From Terriglobales bacterium (GTDB taxonomy: Bacteria > Acidobacteriota > Terriglobia > Terriglobales > Acidobacteriaceae), in assembly GCA_035702725.1 (NCBI GenBank), contig DASSQB010000672.1:1-37817 (forward strand): a DNA stretch of 37,817 bases. Reading direction: 5' to 3'. Shown here piece after piece: positions 25,525 through 32,639 of this stretch. The notes beneath the pieces are model-generated. The model made no database searches. It was given only the letters and a program-made list of their open reading frames with translations, and was not told where the DNA came from. Position 1 is the first letter of the stretch, and each line of letters starts with the position of its first letter. The position numbers were made by a program, and so were the translations under genes.

Positions 25525-25594
25525 GGGCGAGGGCGTTCGCGCCACAAGAACCAAGGCGAGCTGCGCTCGCCCTGCACAGGCGAGGGCGCCTGTG
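25525..25594. repeat. Cluster of GC-rich hairpins and a 10-nt direct repeat
   Basis: ggcgagggcg occurs within 25525-25535 and 25579-25589. Hairpin ggcgagc-tgc-gctcgcc at 25555-25571. Hairpin cacaggcg-aggg-cgcctgtg at 25575-25594. Confidence 0.7.
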
Positions 25595-25812
25595 CCCACA
25601 CAGTTCATCTCCTCGCACGGACCTTTGCCCGTGATTCAGTTCAGTAGTAACCGTCCGTAAAGTTCGGGCGCAGATATCCCGGCTCGTATACAATTCGGCA
25701 TCGCCGTTCCGTTTCAGACAGAGCGGTTCTCCGGGTCCCCAATACGCCGTATCTTCAGGACTCGCGCTGACATCAGATGTGCTTCACCATCAGCGAGGAG
25801 TAAAGAACTGTT

Positions 25813-26532
25813 TTGGCCAGCATCGAAGAGAAAAAACTCAACCGCCTGAGCCGCCGCGAGCTGCTGAAGCTCGCGCCCGTGGTGGCGCTGGGAGCTTTTG
25901 CCGTCACGCACTGGCAGGATCCGCTGCTGGGACGCGGCGTGCGCCTCAGCGATTGGGCATCTGGCGCGCTTTTCCGTCGGCGTCATCGGGCTAAGACCTT
26001 TTCCGACGCAGATGTGGTCCCCTTCGCAAAATTTCCCTATAACGGCTACGACGACCTCGATCCGGGTGTGGATATGGAAGGCTGGACGCTGACGGTGGCA
26101 GGCGATGTGCGCCACCCCGGCGAGTACACGCTGGCGCAAATCCAGGCGTTGCCTAGAATTCGCCAGAACACGCGCCATGTGTGCGTGGAAGGCTGGGACG
26201 TGATCGGCTCCTTCGGCGGCGCCCGCATCTCAGATTTTCTGGCGCTGGTGGGAGCTGACACCAGCGCTCGTTTTCTCACGGTGGAGTGTGCCGACGATTA
26301 TTACGAATCGCTGGACATGGCGACGGCCCTGCATCCGCAATCGTTGTTATGTTACGAAATGTACGGCAAGCCGCTGGATCGCGGTCATGGCGCGCCCCTG
26401 CGCCTGAGCCTGCCCACCAAACTGGGATACAAATCAGCCAAATACCTGACCAAGCTCTCAGTCACCAACGTGCTGGGAGCAGAGCGCGGCTACTGGGAAG
26501 ACCAGGGCTACAGCTGGTACGCGGGACTTTAG
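25813..26532 (+). CDS. Periplasmic molybdopterin-dependent oxidoreductase (sulfite-oxidase fold, YedY/MsrP-like)
   Basis: TTG start. Tat-like SRRELLKLAP. HVCVEGW (Mo-ligand Cys context). C-terminal GAPLRLSLPTKLGYKSAKYL family motif. Confidence 0.8.
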   Translation: MASIEEKKLNRLSRRELLKLAPVVALGAFAVTHWQDPLLGRGVRLSDWASGALFRRRHRAKTFSDADVVPFAKFPYNGYDDLDPGVDMEGWTLTVAGDVRHPGEYTLAQIQALPRIRQNTRHVCVEGWDVIGSFGGARISDFLALVGADTSARFLTVECADDYYESLDMATALHPQSLLCYEMYGKPLDRGHGAPLRLSLPTKLGYKSAKYLTKLSVTNVLGAERGYWEDQGYSWYAGL

Positions 26533-26537
26533 GAAGC

Positions 26538-27260
26538 ATGGCGAGCGGAGCACAAACCGGGGAACCGGAAGCCAAGCGCCCAGAACCGCAGTTGAAACTG
26601 GTAACGGCGGCTTATGAGCATCCCTGGGCCATCCGCTTCACGCACTGGCTGAATGCGGCGGCGGTTTTTGTGCTGGCGGCCAGCGGCCTGCGTATCTTCG
26701 GCGCCTTTCCCAGCTTCGGCGCAAAGATTCCCGAGCGCGACCTCATCAACATTCCCCAAGCGCTCACCCTCGGCGGCTGGCTGGGCGGGGCACTGCAGTG
26801 GCATTTCACCTTCATGTGGCTGTTCGCCGGTAGCGGCCTGCTTTACATCGCCTACCAGTTGCTCAGCGGCCATTACAAAACGGTGGTGTTCATGCCGCGG
26901 GACGTAAAAGGTGTGTGGCCGATGACGCGGCACTATTTTTTGTTCGGCCCCAAGCCGGCGCTGACCCAGCAATACAACGCATTGCAGAAGCTGGCCTACA
27001 CGGCGACGGTTCTGTGCGGCGTGGCGTCGTTGCTGACTGGCATTGTGCTTTACAAGCCGGTGCAATTGTCCTGGCTGGCGTGGCCTATGGGCGGCTATCA
27101 TCTGGCGCGCGTCTGGCATTTCCTCGCCATGTGCGGTTTCCTGGCATTTATTCCCGGGCACCTGGTCATGGTAGTGCTTCATGGCTGGTCCAACTTTGCT
27201 TCCATGCTGACGGGATGGAAGCGGGATCCCGAGTACCTGCCACGCAGGAGTACAGAGTAG
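26538..27260 (+). CDS. Membrane b-type cytochrome (cytochrome b561 / Ni-hydrogenase b-type family) partner subunit
   Basis: ATG 26538 with AGGAAG upstream, 5 nt after the Mo-enzyme stop. Four hydrophobic helices carry conserved His residues (FTHWLNA, WHFTFMW, VWHFLAM, PGHLVMV). Confidence 0.75.
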   Translation: MASGAQTGEPEAKRPEPQLKLVTAAYEHPWAIRFTHWLNAAAVFVLAASGLRIFGAFPSFGAKIPERDLINIPQALTLGGWLGGALQWHFTFMWLFAGSGLLYIAYQLLSGHYKTVVFMPRDVKGVWPMTRHYFLFGPKPALTQQYNALQKLAYTATVLCGVASLLTGIVLYKPVQLSWLAWPMGGYHLARVWHFLAMCGFLAFIPGHLVMVVLHGWSNFASMLTGWKRDPEYLPRRSTE

Positions 27261-27338
27261 ATGGCTTTTTAGCGGTCGGAAATCTTTACTCAAACGCCGA
27301 ATGCCGGATTCGAATTGCCGACCCTGGTCGAAAATTTC

Positions 27339-27629
27339 ATGACTGGTCGCGTCTGGATCGCAGTGGTGATCGCGTCAGCGCTGATGGCAGCAGCTGTCGG
27401 GTACGGCTACTTGCGCCCGGGCGCGACCACTACCCTGCTGTCCCGGCACAGCGAACCGGCCATCCACCTGCCCGACCGCCAGGTAGCCATCACCGCCGAG
27501 GGCAAACTCTTCCACGATCCTTCCTGCCGCTACATTCATGGCAGGCCAGAGATGGTGAGAGCCCAGGAAGCGGTTCGCCGGGGATATACCCCCTGCCCCC
27601 GCTGTCTGCGTAAAGCGTTGCAGCGCTGA
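27339..27629 (+). CDS. Membrane-anchored small protein with an Ada-type Cys4-like metal-binding motif
   Basis: ATG 27339 and N-terminal TM helix VWIAVVIASALMAAAVGYGYL. The C-terminus FHDPSCRYIHGRPEMVRAQEAVRRGYTPCPRC resembles the Ada N-terminal zinc-binding domain pattern (FH-x3-C ... GY-x-PC-x2-C). Confidence 0.5.
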   Translation: MTGRVWIAVVIASALMAAAVGYGYLRPGATTTLLSRHSEPAIHLPDRQVAITAEGKLFHDPSCRYIHGRPEMVRAQEAVRRGYTPCPRCLRKALQR

Positions 27630-27826
27630 AATCAAATAGCTGTTCGCAGCGGCGCCCCCTGCGCCGCGACGCCAGCACGTGCTAGCATAAGAGCACGGGT
27701 GAGCCGCGCGAGGGACCGCGAAGACAACTTCCAGGAGCAATTCCGAATCCAATTGGGGGTCAGCTTGGGCACCCTTACAGGCCGATACCATAGGCGATCG
27801 GCATCACTTTAACCCTCATACCTGTT

Positions 27827-30800
27827 ATGCGTAGCGCCAATCAGGGGAAGCAAGCAGCGATTCCCCATGAAATATTTGTTGGCACCGGCGAGATGAGCGC
27901 GCTGATGCGTTCTCTGGACTGGTCGAAGACTCCGCTGGGTGCCATCTCCGATTGGCCACAGAGCCTGAAGACCTCCCTCAGCATTTGCCTGGCTTCCCGG
28001 TTCCCGATCGTCATGTACTGGGGGCCAGAGTACGTGGTGCTGTACAACGATGCCTACAGCGCCATCCTGGGCAGCAAGCACCCCTGGGCGCTGGGACAGC
28101 GCTGCCGGGACTGCTGGGCGGAAATATGGGACACCATTGGCCCCATGCTGGACGAGGTTGTCAGGACGGGAGAGGCGACCTGGTCGAACCATCTGCTGCT
28201 CCAGTTGGAGCGCCACGGCTACCCGGAAGAATGTTATTTTTCGTTTTCCTTCAGCCCGGTGCGGGTGGAAACGGGGACGATCGGCGGAATTTTCACGGCC
28301 GTCCTGGAAACCTCGAAAGAGACAATCGGACAGCGGAGGTTGCACACCCTGCGCGACCTGGCCGCGCGAGGGGTAGATGCCCGAAGCGAAAGTGACGCCT
28401 GGAGAATCGCGGCCGGTGCCTTGGCCGAAAACCCACTCGACATCCCCTTCGCTGTTTTATGTCAACCATCCGCGAGCGACGGCCTGCAGGTGGTGGAAAC
28501 CGCCGGGATCAGCCGCGAACACCGGCTCTGCAAAGAGCTGTCTTCCCCGGGTTGCCGGCTCTACGAAATGGCCAGGCAAGCGATGAATTCGGGCGGCAGC
28601 ATTACCGTCGAGTTGCACCACGTGACGCCGGGGCTGCCGCATGGCGGATGGACAGTTCCCCCGCGCAGCGGCCTGCTGATTCCCATGACAACACCCGGGC
28701 AGGGGCGCCCTGGCCTGCTGCTGGCGGCGATAAACCCACACAAGGCTTTGGACGAGTCCTACCGCACGTTCTTCGACCTGGTAGCGCGCCAAATCGCAAC
28801 CAGCGTGGCCGATGCCCGGGCCTATGAAGAGGAGCGCAAGCGAGCGGAAGCTCTGGCCGAACTGGATCGTGCCAAAACCCTCTTTTTTACAAACATCAGC
28901 CACGAGTTCCGCACCCCGCTCACACTCTTGCTGGGCCCGGTGGAGAACATGTTGCAGGAAGTGCCGGGCGGCAGAAAAGAAGCGGCTCAACACCAGCAAC
29001 TGGAAGTGGTGCATCGCAACGGTGTTCGCCTGCTGAAGCTGGTGAATACCCTTCTGGACTTTTCCCGCATCGAGGCGGACAGGATGCACGCCAACTTTGA
29101 GCCGGTTGACTTGAGCGCGTCGACGGCAGAAGTGGCCGGCGTCTTCCGCTCGGCCATGGAAAGGGCAGGACTCAGTTTTCGGGTGCAATGCGAACCGCTG
29201 CCAGAACCGGTGTACGTGGACCGCGACATGTGGGAGAAGATTGTCCTCAATCTCCTTTCGAACGCTTTCAAATTCACCTTGCAGGGCGAAGTGCGAGTCA
29301 GCCTGAAAGCCGTGGACGGACGAGCCGAGCTCACGGTCGCGGATACAGGAGCAGGAATTCCCCAGCAGGAATTGTCGCGCGTGTTTGAGCGTTTTCATCG
29401 CGTCGAAGGTGCGCGGGGCCGCAGCTATGAGGGCACCGGGATTGGGCTGGCGTTGGTTAGAGAACTGGTGAAGTTGCACGGCGGATCGGTGCGAGTGGAA
29501 AGCATGGAGGGCCGGGGCAGCACCTTCACCGTGGACATTCCCTTAGGTAAGGCCCACCTGGCGCCGGAGCAGGTCGCGGACCCGGACACCCGTCCCTCCA
29601 CCACCGCACGCGCCGACGCCTACGTGGAAGAGGCCCTCAGCTGGTTGCCGAAAGACTCGGGAACGGGAGCCAAGCCGGGGGGGAGAAATGCGGAAAGCAC
29701 GCCTGCTGCTGAGGACGAAGAAAAGGGTGACAACCAAAGCCGGCCTCTCATTGTGCTGGCGGACGACAACGCCGACCTGCGCGCCTACGTCAGCCGGCTG
29801 CTCAGGCGGAAATATCGGGTTTGGGCTGTAGCCACTGGGGAAGAGGTCCTGGCGGTCATCCGGCAACGGCATCCCGACCTCGTCCTGAGCGACATTATGA
29901 TGCCCGGCATGGACGGTTTCGCGGTGTTGCAGGCTATCAAGCAGGACCCGCAGACACAGGCCATCCCCGTGATTCTGCTATCCGCACGCGCCGGCGAGGA
30001 GTCGCGCGTGGAAGGGTTGCAGGCCGGCGCGGATGACTACCTGGTGAAGCCCTTCACGGCACGGGAATTGATGGCGCGGGTGGAGGCCCATTTAAGAATG
30101 GCGCAGACGCGCCGGCAGGTTGGCGAACTGGAAGAGCGCCTGCGCACCAAGCGCGAACTGGAGCAGCAGCGAGTGCGCGTCTTCCTGCAGCAGGTTCCCG
30201 CCGCAATTGCCATGCTCCAGGGGCCGGAGCATCGCTGGAGTTACATGAATCCGGCATATCTGCGCGTGATAGGTCACGAGCACGTAGAGGAGTTACTGGG
30301 CAAGACCATTCGCCAGACCTTGCCGGAATTGGAGAGCCAAGGTTATCTGGAACTGCTGGACCAAGTGTATCGGACTGGGGAGCCGGTTAGCGGAACGGAA
30401 GCGAAGGTGCGTCTGAATCGTGGGCCCGGCGGGCAGCAAGAATACGCCTACTTCAATTTCCTCTACCAGCCGCTCAAGGACGACTCCGGCAACGTGGAGG
30501 GTGTGTTCGTTCACGCTGTGGATGTTACCCCGCAGGTGGAAGCACGACGCGGAATCGAGGAAAGCGAAGAGCAGTTCCGCATGCTGGCGGAGTCCATCCC
30601 GCAGTTGGATTGGATGGCCAACCCGGACGGCTGGATCTACTGGTATAACCAGCGCTGGTACGAGTACACCGGGACCACTCCGGAGCAGATGCTGGGCTGG
30701 GGATGGCGGTCGGTGCACGACCCCGAGGTGCTGCCCAAGGTGATGGAGCGCTGGCAGGAATCAATTCGAACCGGTCAGCCGTTTGAGATGGTATTTCCGC

Positions 30801-32422
30801 TGCGCGGCGCCGACGGGCTGTTCCGGCCTTTCCTGACCCGCATGGTTCCGGTGCGCGATGCGGAGGGGAAGGTGGTGCGCTGGTTCGGCACCAACACCGA
30901 CATTACCGCGCAGCAGCGCGCCGAAGATGCGCTACGCCAGAGTGAGGAGCGATTGCTGGCGGCGCTGGCCGCCTCCGATACCGGCACCTATCGCTGGGAT
31001 CCGAGTACGGACACGTTCGTGGAATTCGATGAAAACCTGAAGCGTCTCTTCGGTTTGTCAGCAACCGCGGAAGTTCGCAGAACCGAAGATTTTGTCCGCC
31101 TCGTGCACGGCGACGATGTTCCCGATTTGCTGGCCGCGGTGGAACGCAGCCGCCACGGCGCCGATTTTGAAATGGAGTATCGGGTTGTGCTCCAGGACGG
31201 AAACATCCGCTGGCTCTACGACCGCGGCAAAATGGTGTGGAGAGATGGCAAGCCAGCCTATCTGGTGGGCGCCTGCACCGATGTGACCACGCGAAAGCGA
31301 GAGGAAATTTCGCGGGTGCGGCTGGCAGCCATCGTGGAATCGTCGGATGATGCCATCGTCAGCAAGGATTTGAACGGCATTGTCACCAGCTGGAATGCGG
31401 CGGCACGGCGGACATTCGGCTACACCGCCGAGGAGATGATGGGGCAGCCCATTTTGAAAATCATTCCTCCGGAGCTGCACCACGACGAGGTTCGCATCCT
31501 GGAAACGCTGCGCCGCGGCGAGCGCATTGATCACTTCGAAACCGTGCGCGTGACCAAGAGCGGGGAGCGCCTGGACGTTTCCCTGACCATCTCTCCGATT
31601 CGCGATGAGCACGGGCGAATTGTGGGCGCCGCCAAGATCGCGCGCGACATCACTCAGCGCAAGAAAACGGAAGACGCCCTGCGCATGAGCGACAAGCTGG
31701 CCACCACCGGACGGCTGGCAGCCACGGTGGCGCACGAGATCAACAATCCCCTGGAATCGGTGGTTAACCTGGTGTACCTGGCGAAGGGCCAAAAGGGACT
31801 GCCGGAAAATGTACGCGAATATCTGCGCGCCGCGGAAGAGGAACTGGACCGCGTTTCCCAGCTCACGCGCCAGGCGCTGGGCTTTTACCGGGAAAAGACT
31901 GCAGCCACCACCGTCCGGGTGGGCCCCATCATCTCGCAGCTGCGCACCGTGTTTTCTCCCAAGACCACCAACAAGCGCATTGATCTGCGGGTGGAAGTGG
32001 ACCAGGATCCGGAAATTGTGGCGGTGCCCGGCGAACTGCGCCAGCTATTCGCCAATCTGCTGAGCAACAGCATTGACGCGGTACCTGTGGATGGAACCAT
32101 CCGCGTCCGGGTGTCCCAGGTACGCGAGTTCAACCATGCCGGAAGGCCGGGAGCGCGAGTCACCATTGCCGACTCCGGACCGGGAATTGATCCGTTGCAC
32201 CGCTCCCGAATTTTTGAGCCCTTCTTTACCACCAAGAAGGAAGTGGGAACTGGACTGGGACTGTGGGTCTCCAAGGGCATCGTGGAGAGGCACGGCGGAA
32301 ACATCCGCTTGCGCAGCCGAACCACTCCCGGCAGAAGCGGGACAGTGTTTTCTGTTTTCCTGCCGACGGACACCGCGGAAGGGCACGGACGACGCGAAAG
32401 CGTACTGAAGGAAGCGGTCTAA
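27827..32422 (+). CDS. Hybrid sensor with two complete histidine-kinase modules: sensor-GAF-HisKA-HATPase-REC-4xPAS-HisKA-HATPase
   Basis: 1531 aa. First kinase: SHEFRTPL plus GTGIGLALVRELVKLHGG. REC: LADDNADLR...LSDIMMPGMDG...LVKPF. Four PAS-like blocks. Second kinase: VAHEINNPL plus GTGLGLWVSKGIVERHGG. Confidence 0.9.
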   Translation: MRSANQGKQAAIPHEIFVGTGEMSALMRSLDWSKTPLGAISDWPQSLKTSLSICLASRFPIVMYWGPEYVVLYNDAYSAILGSKHPWALGQRCRDCWAEIWDTIGPMLDEVVRTGEATWSNHLLLQLERHGYPEECYFSFSFSPVRVETGTIGGIFTAVLETSKETIGQRRLHTLRDLAARGVDARSESDAWRIAAGALAENPLDIPFAVLCQPSASDGLQVVETAGISREHRLCKELSSPGCRLYEMARQAMNSGGSITVELHHVTPGLPHGGWTVPPRSGLLIPMTTPGQGRPGLLLAAINPHKALDESYRTFFDLVARQIATSVADARAYEEERKRAEALAELDRAKTLFFTNISHEFRTPLTLLLGPVENMLQEVPGGRKEAAQHQQLEVVHRNGVRLLKLVNTLLDFSRIEADRMHANFEPVDLSASTAEVAGVFRSAMERAGLSFRVQCEPLPEPVYVDRDMWEKIVLNLLSNAFKFTLQGEVRVSLKAVDGRAELTVADTGAGIPQQELSRVFERFHRVEGARGRSYEGTGIGLALVRELVKLHGGSVRVESMEGRGSTFTVDIPLGKAHLAPEQVADPDTRPSTTARADAYVEEALSWLPKDSGTGAKPGGRNAESTPAAEDEEKGDNQSRPLIVLADDNADLRAYVSRLLRRKYRVWAVATGEEVLAVIRQRHPDLVLSDIMMPGMDGFAVLQAIKQDPQTQAIPVILLSARAGEESRVEGLQAGADDYLVKPFTARELMARVEAHLRMAQTRRQVGELEERLRTKRELEQQRVRVFLQQVPAAIAMLQGPEHRWSYMNPAYLRVIGHEHVEELLGKTIRQTLPELESQGYLELLDQVYRTGEPVSGTEAKVRLNRGPGGQQEYAYFNFLYQPLKDDSGNVEGVFVHAVDVTPQVEARRGIEESEEQFRMLAESIPQLDWMANPDGWIYWYNQRWYEYTGTTPEQMLGWGWRSVHDPEVLPKVMERWQESIRTGQPFEMVFPLRGADGLFRPFLTRMVPVRDAEGKVVRWFGTNTDITAQQRAEDALRQSEERLLAALAASDTGTYRWDPSTDTFVEFDENLKRLFGLSATAEVRRTEDFVRLVHGDDVPDLLAAVERSRHGADFEMEYRVVLQDGNIRWLYDRGKMVWRDGKPAYLVGACTDVTTRKREEISRVRLAAIVESSDDAIVSKDLNGIVTSWNAAARRTFGYTAEEMMGQPILKIIPPELHHDEVRILETLRRGERIDHFETVRVTKSGERLDVSLTISPIRDEHGRIVGAAKIARDITQRKKTEDALRMSDKLATTGRLAATVAHEINNPLESVVNLVYLAKGQKGLPENVREYLRAAEEELDRVSQLTRQALGFYREKTAATTVRVGPIISQLRTVFSPKTTNKRIDLRVEVDQDPEIVAVPGELRQLFANLLSNSIDAVPVDGTIRVRVSQVREFNHAGRPGARVTIADSGPGIDPLHRSRIFEPFFTTKKEVGTGLGLWVSKGIVERHGGNIRLRSRTTPGRSGTVFSVFLPTDTAEGHGRRESVLKEAV

Positions 32423-32430
32423 AGCCTGTT

Positions 32431-32629
32431 CACCACAGAGGCCAAGAGAAATCAAATCAATAAATCACTTAATGTTGAAGATTTAGGGATTTGAGCTACC
32501 GTTCTGGCCGACAATCCTGGTATCGCACGCCGGATGCTTCAGGTCGAAAGTCCCTTCAGCATGACACTCCGTGAGCATGTGGTTTCAATCATCCATGGTT
32601 TTTCTCTCTGCCTCCGTGCCTCGGTGGTG
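32431..32629. repeat. Inverted repeat pair flanking a 149-nt AT-richer insert (MITE/REP-like)
   Basis: Left arm caccacagaggccaagagaaa at 32431-32451. Right arm 32601-32629 has reverse complement caccaccgaggcacggaggcagagagaaa. It fills the gap between the convergent kinase gene and polA. Confidence 0.65.
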
Positions 32630-32639
32630 AATTCTTGGT

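Noticed and set aside
25640-25812. Possible Moco riboswitch upstream of the molybdoenzyme gene
   Set aside because: I cannot match the conserved Moco-motif core by eye, and only weak local pairings are visible. An Infernal scan with the Rfam Moco_RNA_motif model is needed before any claim.
26286-26537. Upstream extension of the cytochrome b ORF
   Set aside because: It overlaps the 3' end of the Moco enzyme gene in another frame. ATG 26538 has an SD and starts just before the first TM helix.
27274-27323. tRNA-like sequence (ggattcgaa T-loop-like motif) after the cytochrome b gene
   Set aside because: Only a 6-bp outer stem (ggtcgg/ccgacc) enclosing 38 nt. There are no D-arm or anticodon-arm stems and the T-stem halves are not complementary, so this is not a tRNA.
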